63,973 nt of DNA, filler included, from Stramenopiles sp. TOSAG23-2 (GCA_900128395.1; 15 parts of 15 records of this genome joined end to end with filler, not necessarily neighbours in it), one strand, 5' to 3'; positions 33,795-45,212 are shown, numbered from the whole stretch's first letter. Notes: generated by a model from the sequence alone, not told the origin. Made by a program: numbers and translations.

Positions 33795-33877
33795 TCAGTT
33801 ATTGTATTCTTTTGAAGAGTACGCTTCGTAGGAATTATCATTGAGTAAATTAAAACAATAAATTATGCGTAAATTAA
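33795..33877 (-). repeat. Dispersed ~60-80-bp repeat, copy 3 (with a small insertion)
   Basis: Reverse complement of the core with an inserted TACGCTTCGTA mini-palindrome. Confidence 0.85.
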
Positions 33878-34262
33878 ATTTATTAAACATACGTCTCTTC
33901 TCTCTCGTACGAATGATATCTCACATATATATATATAATCTTTTTGTGTAATCTTTTTTGATCTTTTGTGTACACGGGGATATAAAAATATGAAATATAC
34001 ACGAACCGGCATATACGCAATTGTCTCGTCGCTTGTATGATATATATATAAAAACTTTTAAGTCAAATGCTCACCTCTTTTTTTTGCTAAATGTAATTTT
34101 TCCTCCTCTGTTAAATTGCTTTTTAACCATGCACGTCTTTCATCATATTCTTTACGTTTATNNNNNNNNNNNNNNNNNNNNNNNNNNNNNNNNNNNNNNN
34201 NNNNNTTAATTAATTAANNNNNNNNNNNNNNNNNNNNNNNNNNNNNNNNNNNNNNNNNNNNT

Positions 34263-37200
34263 TTGACGTCTCTGCCTCAGTCAGTTTGTTTCTTGCGTAA
34301 ATATATCTATTGTCTTGTTGTTAGTATGTTTGCCAGCTTTATCGAGCGGCTGGGGAAGAAGAAAAAAGGAAAGAAAATGAAAAAGAAGAAAAAAAAAGTA
34401 AAGAAAACGAAAACAACGAAAGTAAATAAGAAAAAAAGACCATCAAAGAAACCATCAAGTTCAAGTGGGACCATACAACTTCCAACGAATTTTAACTGCG
34501 AGTGTTACCTGACGCGATACCGAGACCTACGAAATGCATTTAAAAACGACTGTCAAAAAGCGCAACAACACTACGTTATGAACGGTATAAAAGAAGGTCG
34601 AGACCCGACTTGCTCCGGACCAAACGCAGCTAAGAGGAACGAGCAAATATCTAGAACAGAAGAGAAAGAAAAGAAGGAGGCCAAGCGTGAGCAGAAAGAA
34701 AAGAAAGAGGCCAAGCGTGAGCAGAAAGAAAAGAAAGAGGCCAAGCGGGAGAAGGGGAAAAAGGGTGACCAGCGCGAGGTCAAACGTGAGGAAAAGGAAA
34801 AGAAGGCTGAGAAAGGAGAGGAAAAGAAGAAGGCAAAGAAGTCAATACGTCAAATACTGAAAGGCGAAGGCATTGAGGTTTCAAAGAAGAGTGCAAGGAA
34901 GGTGCTCAAAGGCAATAAAATCCAGACATCCAAAAAAGCAGTCAAACACATCAAAAAGTCGCTGAGGAGCAATGGCATTGACGCCAAAGGGAAGGAGATA
35001 AAGAACATGCTGAAAGTACGAGGTGAATCTGGAGGAACAGATGTGTCCAAGGTTGCACGATCCATGGAACAGAAACAACAACTAGGCAATGGCATAGCTG
35101 CCGAAAATCCGAAGGGGGGGGGGCAACAACATGACAATGCTGTAGCTGCCGAAAATCCAAAGGATGGGAATATAGGAAAGCCAACCGGGGAAAGAACCCT
35201 CGGAAACATGCTAAAGCATAAGAAGAAAGCTTCTCAAAAGGCAGAACCAAGTGACACTTTTGCTGCGTCTGCTACCGAAATGATGAAAACCGGTATTGAT
35301 TCAACACTAAACGAACCCGTGCCCAGTGTTCAACCGGATATTCAAGTTGACAGCGAACCTTTTGCTGAGACTGCCACTGAAGGTGAATTTGCCAGATGCC
35401 AAGTTTTGAAAGGCAAGAAAGGTAAATTACATACAAAGGAAAGTGTAAGCAGAAGCCAGTGTGATGCAAAATGTGACCAGAAAGAAGATCACCAATGCAA
35501 GTTTGGAAACGACATTTTTTTCCAGTCAGAGCGTGCAAAATCGATTCTAAAGTCGGTAAAACGGAAATACATAGCGCCAGATCTTTCAAAGGCGGAGAAA
35601 AGACAAAAAAAACATGCTGAGAGCGTCGAAAAAGAAGTAAATCATTTGTATGGTCAAAGTTATTGCCTCGACTTACAGCTTTATCTTGCAGGTAAAATTC
35701 CAAAGGGAGATTCCCGGATGACTCGAGATGACCGTAGGTTGTTTACAAGACGGGCGACGTTTAATGTAGAGAAGGCCGAAGAAGACATAGACGAACTTGA
35801 AAAAAAAGTGAGAATAGGGGTGGGTACCGCCGTCGCCATGGCAGATTGCCATTGGATACATCGAAGTGATAAAAAAGTAAAAAGTAAATGCAAAAAAGAT
35901 GTATCCAAGTATAGTGATTATAAACTTGGCAAATATAAAATTGGCAAACATACAACTGCTCTTAAAATGGTTGGTAAAAAGAAGCTTCAAAAGGAACTAA
36001 AAGAAGCAGAGAAGCAGCCGGAAAAAGCAAGAAAGTGGCTACAGGACACAAAAAAAGAGTTAGCGTTAGATTTTGGAGTGTGGGAACATGATATGAAAGA
36101 ATTAAAGACAAGATGGAACCGCCTTGGTTGTAACACGCGAAAGGGGAGAATACAAATTGGTGCCAAACTTGATCCAGGTAGGCGGAAATATTACGGTTCT
36201 TCTGAAGTACTTGGTAAAAAGGCTTATAAAAATTTTACCCTTTTTCGTTCCGGGCCCGATAAAGTAAAGCAAGAATTGGCTGAAGTTAAACAGGCCTTAG
36301 GGCAGTTTGAAAAGGATATCAACGATTCGCCATTTAAATCTGTGCGTACTTTTATTGAAGATTTCTTAACCGATTCAGAATATTTGCAACTTTCAGAGGA
36401 CTTTAATATCATTATGAAGCCCGAGTCGGCTCAGTGGACATTTGATACCAAGAATAGTAAACGACGGTTGAATCGCAGGAGGCGCAGAATATTATCGGGT
36501 GGTCAACCAGTTATGACTGGAACATTCAACAACGTGAAGTTTAATTTAAAAGGGGTACACGATACGATTACGGGACTCACAGGAGCGATTTGCGCTTCAA
36601 TTTCTTGCAAGAGTATAATGCCAAGGTTGAATGAATATAATGAATATATGGGTAAAGAAATGGATCTTATGATGGAGCTTATGATTGAAGAACAGCAGAT
36701 AAAAGATACAGAAAAATATGGCACAGACAAATCTCTTTATGATAATTTAGCAGCATTCAGTAATAGATTAAGAAGAGCGAATGATGAACTGGGATCGATC
36801 CCTTCGCCAATGGGAGCGGGGCAGAGCAAGATCAGTTATTTAGCTGGATTCGCGATTGATGCAGGGCTTAACTTTTTGGTAAATTCGGTGGGCGACGCAT
36901 TACATGACAAGTTCTTGTCTCCGAAGTTTGATTTACAGCTGGGAAATTATGTTGGGCAAAATATTCAATGGAACAGCCTGCAGACTGGTTTTAACTGGGA
37001 TACTTCATTTAACTTGGGTACTTCACTTAACTTGGGTACTTCATTTAACTTGGGTACTTCATTTGATATTCCCAATGGAGTTTTCGGTAATAATTTTGGT
37101 GATTCATTCAATATCCCTTTGGGTACTTCATTTCCAAGTTTTGCCTCGCTTTTAGAACAGGATTCGAATTTGAATACAAATGAAATAAATCTGGAAGTAG

Positions 37201-37583
37201 GAGTTGGCAAAATGTTAGTTGCAAGAGCTACGTCATGCGCGTTTGATGCGTTGGAGGAAAAAGGTGATTTGAAAGCCCGAGAAAGCAACGAACAAAGTTT
37301 TATCGAAAAAACATCGGAGAAAAAAGAGAACGACAAAACTTATTCATTTGACTGGTCCTTCCCCCCCATAGCACTTGGTTGGAGGGATCAGGGGATGTAT
37401 AAAAGGGCAATAAAAGCGAAGAAGGACATGGACAACATGGCGGCACAGATAGGGTTCTCCCCCAGCCAGCTGACTTGGGAATCTTCGGGCATTCCTTTCC
37501 CTTGGTTTCCAGGATGGCGGGAAGAAGTTGGTTACGATTACTCTTGCTGCCGTCCTGTGTATGATTGTTGTAATGATGACTGA
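34263..37583 (+). CDS. Large hypothetical protein (start uncertain; frame open to the contig edge)
   Basis: 1106-codon open frame; Lys-rich N-terminus; YLTRYRDLRNAF...HY...G.KEGR module; 10-aa KEAKREQKEK and 6-aa TSFNLG repeats; Cys-rich C-terminus. Confidence 0.75.
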   Translation: MTSLPQSVCFLRKYIYCLVVSMFASFIERLGKKKKGKKMKKKKKKVKKTKTTKVNKKKRPSKKPSSSSGTIQLPTNFNCECYLTRYRDLRNAFKNDCQKAQQHYVMNGIKEGRDPTCSGPNAAKRNEQISRTEEKEKKEAKREQKEKKEAKREQKEKKEAKREKGKKGDQREVKREEKEKKAEKGEEKKKAKKSIRQILKGEGIEVSKKSARKVLKGNKIQTSKKAVKHIKKSLRSNGIDAKGKEIKNMLKVRGESGGTDVSKVARSMEQKQQLGNGIAAENPKGGGQQHDNAVAAENPKDGNIGKPTGERTLGNMLKHKKKASQKAEPSDTFAASATEMMKTGIDSTLNEPVPSVQPDIQVDSEPFAETATEGEFARCQVLKGKKGKLHTKESVSRSQCDAKCDQKEDHQCKFGNDIFFQSERAKSILKSVKRKYIAPDLSKAEKRQKKHAESVEKEVNHLYGQSYCLDLQLYLAGKIPKGDSRMTRDDRRLFTRRATFNVEKAEEDIDELEKKVRIGVGTAVAMADCHWIHRSDKKVKSKCKKDVSKYSDYKLGKYKIGKHTTALKMVGKKKLQKELKEAEKQPEKARKWLQDTKKELALDFGVWEHDMKELKTRWNRLGCNTRKGRIQIGAKLDPGRRKYYGSSEVLGKKAYKNFTLFRSGPDKVKQELAEVKQALGQFEKDINDSPFKSVRTFIEDFLTDSEYLQLSEDFNIIMKPESAQWTFDTKNSKRRLNRRRRRILSGGQPVMTGTFNNVKFNLKGVHDTITGLTGAICASISCKSIMPRLNEYNEYMGKEMDLMMELMIEEQQIKDTEKYGTDKSLYDNLAAFSNRLRRANDELGSIPSPMGAGQSKISYLAGFAIDAGLNFLVNSVGDALHDKFLSPKFDLQLGNYVGQNIQWNSLQTGFNWDTSFNLGTSLNLGTSFNLGTSFDIPNGVFGNNFGDSFNIPLGTSFPSFASLLEQDSNLNTNEINLEVGVGKMLVARATSCAFDALEEKGDLKARESNEQSFIEKTSEKKENDKTYSFDWSFPPIALGWRDQGMYKRAIKAKKDMDNMAAQIGFSPSQLTWESSGIPFPWFPGWREEVGYDYSCCRPVYDCCNDD

Positions 37584-37662
37584 TGATTGAATTATTTGAA
37601 ACATCCAAATAGTTTAATTCTGATAATTGCGCTAAACTTGTTGGTAATCCATATATATATTT

Positions 37663-37733
37663 AATTAATGCATAACTTATTTTTTAATTTACTCATGATA
37701 ATTCCTACTCTCCAGAAAGAATACGATAACTTG
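37663..37733 (+). repeat. Dispersed ~60-80-bp repeat, copy 4
   Basis: Nearly identical to copy 1 (ATAACTTATTTTTTAATTTACTCATGATAATTCCTACTCTCCAGAAAGAATAC). Confidence 0.9.
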
Positions 37734-37972
37734 ATACACAATAATATCTATTTCACTAAACTGAAAGATGGACAATGAATCGTAACATTGCGATAGAGTT
37801 CATTGAAATCCACAGATGTGCCAATATTTTTAAGATATAAAAACATTGTAGTTACCTCTAGGTTCACTTGATAGTGCAGTCGGCCACTTAGTAACCTTAA
37901 AATTATTTTAAATTATTGTTAAGTTAATAATTTCAATAATATTATAAAAACATTGGTGGAGGTTATGCATAT

Positions 37973-38338
37973 ATGTATATTTTAAATACGCAAGTTCGTA
38001 AAAAATTAAAATACGAAAATACGCGCGTAATATTTTTTGTGAATGAAAGCATCGACACATTTACGCAACAAATTAACGGCAATTTAAAACAAGCCTATAC
38101 CGTTATCAAAAGTGAAAATGCGTCTTTTACTCACATTGATGTTCATTTTGCGAAAGGTGGGGCTAACTACGCCGCCAAACTTGAAAGTGCAGCAGCGACC
38201 AAGAGAAAGGAGTATCGGGTAGCTCATGAATCTTTCCTAAAAATAGTCCAGGAAATACGGGAGGGGCCGGAGCCTAGATCGCCGCCGGCAGCCATGCTGT
38301 GTGAAATCGCAAGCTGGCAAGCCTTGGTCGATCCATAA
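37973..38338 (+). CDS. Possible hypothetical protein or exon
   Basis: 121-aa ORF with coding-like composition in its 3' two-thirds; no family recognised. Confidence 0.3.
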   Translation: MYILNTQVRKKLKYENTRVIFFVNESIDTFTQQINGNLKQAYTVIKSENASFTHIDVHFAKGGANYAAKLESAAATKRKEYRVAHESFLKIVQEIREGPEPRSPPAAMLCEIASWQALVDP

Positions 38339-38599
38339 GCGCAAAACCAAATGTGGTAACCTGGACGGGCTCGTTTAAGCTAAAAGGGGTTTTTTCCCGA
38401 TGCTGTGTCCATGGACGAATGTGCCCNNNNNNNNNNNNNNNNNNNNNNNNNNNNNNNNNNNNNNNNNNNNTTAATTAATTAANNNNNNNNNNNNNNNNNN
38501 NNNNNNNNNNNNNNNNNNNNNNNNNNCGGTAATTTCTGTTACAGAAATTATTGACACATTTTGTGAGATAGATAATTTATTTATTGGCTTAAGTCAAAA

Positions 38600-38666
38600 T
38601 GTATTCTTTTGAAGAGTAGGAATTATCATGAGTAAATTAAAAAATAAATTATTATGCGTAAATTAA
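38600..38666 (-). repeat. Dispersed ~60-80-bp repeat, copy 5
   Basis: GTATTCTTTTGAAGAGTAGGAATTATCATGAGTAAATTAAAAAATAA is the reverse complement of the core. Confidence 0.9.
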
Positions 38667-38784
38667 TATTAAAAATATTATTTTTAAATAAATATCAAAA
38701 TTAAAAATATCAAAATTATTATTAAAAATATATATATTTTTAAATATATATATTATATCAAAATTCAGAGGTGTACTTTTTGTT

Positions 38785-40896
38785 TTAGAAGCAATAGTGA
38801 TCAATGACGGTTGCAAGTTCCGCTACTTCCCATGTATCTGAAGCAGATAAATATGAATATATATACATACCAGCACACCCTCGTTGCCCATCGTAAAATT
38901 TACCCCACTTCGTTTCACCAAAACCATAAGATAATATACTATTTTGAATGATAACGGTTTGCCCAGCAGCTTTTTCAAATATATGTCGACCATCCTCCAT
39001 TCCTTTCCAGCCATATTGCGTCAATATACTATTAATTACATGAAGGGTTCCTGAAGTTATTTGAATACCTCCTGGGCTTGTATATGTTCCAATTAAAATT
39101 GCAATTTCATAATCAGTTAAGGGTCTATCCCATACACCGACCTGATGTACAGTTGCATTAAGATTGTTACTGATACTGGTTCCTGCTTGTGGAACACGAT
39201 CACCGATTACTATACCCCATTCACCCGGAGGAAATTCATTTTTGACTAGCCAGGCATCATCTTTATTTTTTCTATACGGAATACCATATTTTACACCATT
39301 TCGATACATTTGTATCACTCCCCTATTAGTTGATTTCCAAATAGCATATGTAGCTGCAATACAGACTTTTACATCAGCAACAGTCTCTTCGCTAGGTGCA
39401 ACGTCTTCTGTGTTACGAAAACTATTACTTCCAACCATCCATTTCTTAGTTTCACGTTCAGCATATACCAACGCATCAAATTCATTTCCACCCTTAACAA
39501 TCGAAATAGCAGCACCACCTGCTTCATTTAAATTATGTAAGGTAATGCAAGCAAAAATAGTTTTAGTAAATGGCAACTTCACGGATGCTAAGAACTTTGT
39601 TCTAACTTTATCATGTGGTGAATGGATACGTAGACCATGACCATCTGCTCCTCCGTCACCAATTGATGCCGACCCTCTAATAAAACGCATATCTCCAACT
39701 TTTCCAACTGTGTCTTTCATAGAAACCGTGAAATCATAAAATGCAATCGCATTGGTAATCAAATTTTGTTTAGCAATAGTACCAGAACCGCCTTTTATTT
39801 TTACTTGTTTCAAGGTCAATGTCGCGCCATTGGTAACTTCAAATAAACGTTTAGATGCTTTTTGATGCAAGGTTGTAAGTTCCTGTGTTGTAGAACTCGG
39901 CTTGCCTTGTAAAGTTAAACTGGAAGAGACTACAATATGATTATAAAATATATAATCGCGTTGAAGATTAAACGACCCAGAGTATGGAATTAAATTATCA
40001 TTCGCACCAACCGGTACTTGTTCAAAAAATAAGCGTCTTATATGATTGACAGTAGTGTTATCCAAGTAGGAATCGTAAACTGCTATTTGTCTGATGTAAC
40101 CATACATCCGTTCATTAGGTTGTGTAGTTGCCGCCCATCCAACGCAAATTTTAGCATTCCCCGTAGGCATGTCATTATTGTAGTCATGTGTTTCAGTATT
40201 TTTGAAGCTTTTATCCCAAAAATTATGTATTGTATTATGTACTTCCTGAGTATCTTTATCAAATCGAAATACCCCAACAAAATCTTCATTCCATTCTATA
40301 TCAACCCGATCAGTCCATGTTTCTGGCGATGACCCAACTCCTAATCCAATATTATTATTACTGTGACCCTGTCGAATTTGCCATTTATTATTTACACCAC
40401 CACCTTGTCCTATAAAATGTGCCCAAACATGATCTTCCTCGTCACTTATATGATCTTGAAATCCTGTGAGACGAAACGACATAATAACTGTCAAAGATCC
40501 AGACGACGGGGGACTAACTGCTGAATTTGTACAAAGGTGTGAACCATGAACTCTTATTGATGGCAAACCTGCAACACCATTTTCAGTAAAAAACATTTGC
40601 TGCGTGGAGGTTCTGTCAGACGGTTTTTTTAAGTTATGATCTGCCCATACATAATTTGATAAATCTGACATTGCTGTTACTTCATCCCCATTTTCATGTG
40701 TTGATATTAATTCTTCGGCATCATACAATGCCCATATTGAATCTTTCGATGGACTATAGCTATTTAAAGCATCGGACAAAGATGATGATCTATTAAACGA
40801 AAATTTACAAAATAGTAATAATAATACTAAAACAATCGAAGACGCTTTCTTTTTTTGAAATTGGAAAAATAAAATAAAAAACGACATCTTCGACAT
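38785..40896 (-). CDS. Secreted protein with two LamG/concanavalin-A-like domains
   Basis: Hydrophobic N-terminus; GYIRQIAVYDSYL and IQMYRNG...IG...VHQVGVWDRPLT..EI are LamG-like C-terminal motifs. Confidence 0.7.
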   Translation of the reverse strand: MSKMSFFILFFQFQKKKASSIVLVLLLLFCKFSFNRSSSLSDALNSYSPSKDSIWALYDAEELISTHENGDEVTAMSDLSNYVWADHNLKKPSDRTSTQQMFFTENGVAGLPSIRVHGSHLCTNSAVSPPSSGSLTVIMSFRLTGFQDHISDEEDHVWAHFIGQGGGVNNKWQIRQGHSNNNIGLGVGSSPETWTDRVDIEWNEDFVGVFRFDKDTQEVHNTIHNFWDKSFKNTETHDYNNDMPTGNAKICVGWAATTQPNERMYGYIRQIAVYDSYLDNTTVNHIRRLFFEQVPVGANDNLIPYSGSFNLQRDYIFYNHIVVSSSLTLQGKPSSTTQELTTLHQKASKRLFEVTNGATLTLKQVKIKGGSGTIAKQNLITNAIAFYDFTVSMKDTVGKVGDMRFIRGSASIGDGGADGHGLRIHSPHDKVRTKFLASVKLPFTKTIFACITLHNLNEAGGAAISIVKGGNEFDALVYAERETKKWMVGSNSFRNTEDVAPSEETVADVKVCIAATYAIWKSTNRGVIQMYRNGVKYGIPYRKNKDDAWLVKNEFPPGEWGIVIGDRVPQAGTSISNNLNATVHQVGVWDRPLTDYEIAILIGTYTSPGGIQITSGTLHVINSILTQYGWKGMEDGRHIFEKAAGQTVIIQNSILSYGFGETKWGKFYDGQRGCAGMYIYSYLSASDTWEVAELATVIDHYCF

Positions 40897-41536
40897 ATAT
40901 GTACAACAGTATTTATCAAAGTAAGCAAAAAACTTTAATTACAAAAATAAATAAATAAACAGGTATATCAATAGTTTATCAAGTTGATAGCGAAATGGCA
41001 ACGGGTATTTTATAAACTCTTTTATCATTTGTTGGGTATTAATACGTTTTCCATTCATCATAATAATATTTTTCATGTAATAAATAATAGTAGTATGCTG
41101 GTATTATGTGAAAGAAGAGCTATTATAAAATTGTATGTGACATTAACATGTTGTGACTAATAAGTGCAATATTATAGGCAGAATATAACTATAGCCCTGC
41201 TGGCCTGCCCAGCCTGCCCTAAAAGCCTGCAACATGCATAAAAAAGCTGCTGCAACTATTGCTAAAACAGAAAGAACAACGAAAGAACTGAAAAAAAATC
41301 AATTAAAAATTTAAAAAAAACTAAAACTGCTGAGATTGATAGACGATAAAATTAGAATACTAAAAGATGTAGTTAAAAAAAGAAGTGAAGGTGGTTTTTT
41401 TTCTCGAAAAAAAAAGCAGGGGAAAATATAATAAAGATCGAAAAAAATAATATATGATAAATTATAAATGAAGTAGAAAGGGATATGTCAAAGAGATAAC
41501 ATAAAAGTTATACAACTAAATATATAAGACAAAAAG

Positions 41537-42337
41537 ATGTATAAAAATATAATAGTATTGATAGTCTTAGTATGCTGCGCGAATGCGTTGGAGGATGGTA
41601 TGGCATTACGGTTGCGTAGTAGTAGTACAGGGACAACAGGTAGTGCAGGTACTCCTAGTCAAATTGGAGAAGAAAAACCAATAATTGTAAACAATGTTAG
41701 TGAAGCTATGGGTAGTTCGAAACCGGTTGTTAATACATTAAATAGTTCAAATAAAAAGTGTTGCAAGGAAGATACAAAAAAATGTATGGCATGTAAAAAT
41801 GGAATGACAATTGAGGAATTTTGTGAGAGATTACCGGGCAAGTTTGGTTGTGAAGGGACTAAAACTAGTAATGATGGTAAGGTAGTTGTAGCAGAAGCAG
41901 TTGCTTCAGCTTTATCGATAAAAGCAAAAGAAAGAGTGAAAACGGCACAGTCCGAAGGACGTTTATATGTAGCAAATGTGAATGATACCGTAATAGATCC
42001 AGTAGAAGATACAAATTGTTGCCATTCTGAACATATTCGTTTAGCATGTTGTCCAGTAGTTGGTGAAGGTTCACCTGCTTTGCAAGGTTTAATTAGTGCA
42101 TACAAAGCGTCAAAAGCTCGCTCAGATAGTTTACGCAAAAGACTTGATAGTGCAAGCGACGAGACAAAGAAATTAGAGAAAATGGTCATAGATCAAAGGC
42201 AAAGCGATGAAGATGCAATTACGAAAAAAGCTGAAGAGAAAGAAAAATATAGTCAAGGTTTGGATATTAAAATACCAAGTACCTTGCGTAGTAATAATCC
42301 CAAAGGTGCTTTTTCAGTTGATGAACTAGCCGCATAA
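41537..42337 (+). CDS. Secreted hypothetical protein with a six-Cys module and coiled coil
   Basis: Signal peptide; CCKEDTKKCMACKNGMTIEEFCERLPGKFGC; heptad-like C-terminus. Confidence 0.75.
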   Translation: MYKNIIVLIVLVCCANALEDGMALRLRSSSTGTTGSAGTPSQIGEEKPIIVNNVSEAMGSSKPVVNTLNSSNKKCCKEDTKKCMACKNGMTIEEFCERLPGKFGCEGTKTSNDGKVVVAEAVASALSIKAKERVKTAQSEGRLYVANVNDTVIDPVEDTNCCHSEHIRLACCPVVGEGSPALQGLISAYKASKARSDSLRKRLDSASDETKKLEKMVIDQRQSDEDAITKKAEEKEKYSQGLDIKIPSTLRSNNPKGAFSVDELAA

Positions 42338-43101
42338 TTTTTATCTTGCTAATTATACATTTAATGAGGGTTGCATTTTTTAGTTTGGAAAAGGAAGAGA
42401 GAGAGAGAGAGATTGTCACACAACTAAAACGCACCAAGAGGACTTAATTTCTTGGTGGTATTTACCAGTAACACTTACATATATGTGTATTTTTCGTGTA
42501 ATAATTTTTTTACCCCAGTAATATTTTTAATTAATACGAATATAATACCGTTTGTAAAAAAAATAAAAAATTGATATATATATGACCCCATGTATCTGAG
42601 AGAGGACTTTTCTGGCCGATATTGATAAATAACATATTATATAGGTAAATATCTCTAGTATACAACTACTCCGTACTTAGACCAGAGATTNNNNNNNNNN
42701 NNNNNNNNNNNNNNNNNNNNNNNNNNNNNNNNNNTTAATTAATTAANNNNNNNNNNNNNNNNNNNNNNNNNNNNNNNNNNNNNNNNNNNNATGCAACGTG
42801 CTCCAATTGGTCTAACTGCTGTGGTCTTTCCTTCTTCATCCGTTTATGTACACTATATAAAATATATGATGATATTTAAAATGATGGTTAAAATCTATGA
42901 CGCGTAATATGATATTTTTTAAAAATGCATTTATTATCAAAATTTATATTTTTATATATCATACTTCGTATAAATTAATTAAATATCATAACGTTTTAAA
43001 TATATACTCGTATATAAAAAATATAAATACACACACTATGTTCTATGTTGTCGTCTTTATAAAGCTTTCGATCCTCCTCTCTCTCCCATTTTTTCTGTCT
43101 T

Positions 43102-44841
43102 TTATTCGACGATCACATCGACATCTAAATCATCTAAAGTGCCGTTATTTCTATTTTTGACTTGATTTACACTCTTACGTTTTCTTTCCAATGTATTTTT
43201 TAGAAAACTATTCATCCTATCAAATGATGCTTTTGAAAATGGTTGTGTTTCTAATTTCAATAATAAATCAAATGCACGATCTTGTATTCGAGGATTATCA
43301 TGCAATAAACATGTACCAACTGAATCTAAATTTCCAAGATAATATAAAAATTGTTTAAAATCTTCACCACCTTTCAATACTCTTAAAATTTCATCAAACG
43401 CACGTAGCATATCCTTTTCATCCATTTGACTTAATGTAGTTAATTTTCGTATATGCTGCCTTATATCTACACCAACATCACTACCAGGTGTTTTAATCAC
43501 ACGACGTTGATGTTCTTTATACATAGATGTTGCTTTCCATATCATTACACGTTGTCTATTTTCCGTCAAAGCAGATTTTTTCGCATTCACATCATAATAT
43601 TCCGCTTTACTGGATGCAATATCAGAAAGACGATTGCAATGAAAACGAAATTGTTCATGAAGCCAAAGTTCTGACATATGTGCTTCCATACCAGATATTA
43701 CACGTGCTATGAATTTACTATCCATACTAATTTTTAATGTTGGTAAAAGACCTTTTTTCACTTTTCCTTTATCAATAGAACCTCGAACTTTTGTATATAA
43801 TTTCTTCACTTTACTTTCCGGCTTTTGTTTTTCTTTATACATATTGACATCTATTACGGTTCCAGTTTCAATATCACATAAAATATCCCACCAATCTGGT
43901 TTAGATGCAAACATAGGATTTGTTACACCAGCTATGAAACCATCTACTTCTAAAAAAGATAAATCAGTTAAATTTGCATATGGAAACGTACGTTCTGGTA
44001 TTAATGGAAATGGTGGGCTTAGCAATGAACATGCTGCTAATACCATTCCACATACATCACCAGCAGGGATATCTTTATTTCCCACAAACATAATTCGTTT
44101 TTCTAATAAAATGCCAGTAAAGATAATCATTACATTTTCACGAAATTTACGCAATAATGGTGTGATCGGCACATTACCAACCATATCATATTGCAAATAT
44201 AACGGAACGTGAATTTTCATAGTAAATCCAGGTAAACTATTTAACTTTGGCCATTGCAATGGAAACTCTTTAAATTTCGATTTTCGATCACTTCCTCTTT
44301 CTAAAAGTGTCCTATCGAACATATTTAACTCTTCCACAGTGGACATATCAATATTTGAATTAATAGCATTATAAATCTGTTCTAACACTTTGGTAGACGG
44401 GTTTGCAATGTAAGCATCTAAACCTAATACCGCTGCAGGTTTTAGAATGTTTACAAAATTATATCGAGAACAAAATGCTATTGCAGTAACAGCTGCACCA
44501 CGTTTAATATTTGTATCATGAACACTTTTTACAGCATTTAAACAATTTAAAAAGTATTTATTATTATCTGCCTTTCCTTTACTATCATTTTGCGTTTCCA
44601 AGACGGGCTTGCACGTCCTACGAAACTCTTTTCTATTCAAAAAGAAATACGTCCAATCTTCCTTGCGATTATGCGCACCTTCTGGTAACATTAGTTCTGC
44701 TATTGTATTATCTTCATATCCACCAATTTTTGTTGGATATGCTTCTGTTAATGTACTACCTTTATCAATGTCAAACGTTGCAATGAGAATATAGGATACT
44801 GTTGGTGCAGGTACCGTAGGATTGTTGTTATTTTTTGACAT
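43102..44841 (-). CDS. DENN-like protein of the Afi1/MesA type
   Basis: YILIATFDIDKGS...LMLPEGAHNRKEDWTYFFL (Afi1 N-terminal), IKRGA, FPYANLTDL, GFIAGVTNPMF, WWDILCDIETG. Confidence 0.85.
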   Translation of the reverse strand: MSKNNNNPTVPAPTVSYILIATFDIDKGSTLTEAYPTKIGGYEDNTIAELMLPEGAHNRKEDWTYFFLNRKEFRRTCKPVLETQNDSKGKADNNKYFLNCLNAVKSVHDTNIKRGAAVTAIAFCSRYNFVNILKPAAVLGLDAYIANPSTKVLEQIYNAINSNIDMSTVEELNMFDRTLLERGSDRKSKFKEFPLQWPKLNSLPGFTMKIHVPLYLQYDMVGNVPITPLLRKFRENVMIIFTGILLEKRIMFVGNKDIPAGDVCGMVLAACSLLSPPFPLIPERTFPYANLTDLSFLEVDGFIAGVTNPMFASKPDWWDILCDIETGTVIDVNMYKEKQKPESKVKKLYTKVRGSIDKGKVKKGLLPTLKISMDSKFIARVISGMEAHMSELWLHEQFRFHCNRLSDIASSKAEYYDVNAKKSALTENRQRVMIWKATSMYKEHQRRVIKTPGSDVGVDIRQHIRKLTTLSQMDEKDMLRAFDEILRVLKGGEDFKQFLYYLGNLDSVGTCLLHDNPRIQDRAFDLLLKLETQPFSKASFDRMNSFLKNTLERKRKSVNQVKNRNNGTLDDLDVDVIVE

Positions 44842-45212
44842 GCTACTGCTAGTATTAATATGAATATGAGATGGAATTGTATGGTATAACTATTTGTTTC
44901 TTTCTATCTGTATATATATATATATAACCACTGGTATTTCTAATATATAAATAATTATTAATAAATATTGCACAATTCTATGTTTTTTTAAATTGCACTT
45001 AGCACCTTATAGCACCTTAACCTTACACTAATAATTTATCATCAGGTATTTTAAGTTAAAGTGGTGTGCCGGTGTGCCCCTGCAGTAGTGGTGTGGTTGG
45101 TCAGTGGATTTACAAAAAAAAGAATAAATGGCACACTTTAACTTTTCTCAAAGAAAAGATTCCACATCTTCTTATAATAATTGAAATTAAAATAATAATA
45201 AATATATATAAA

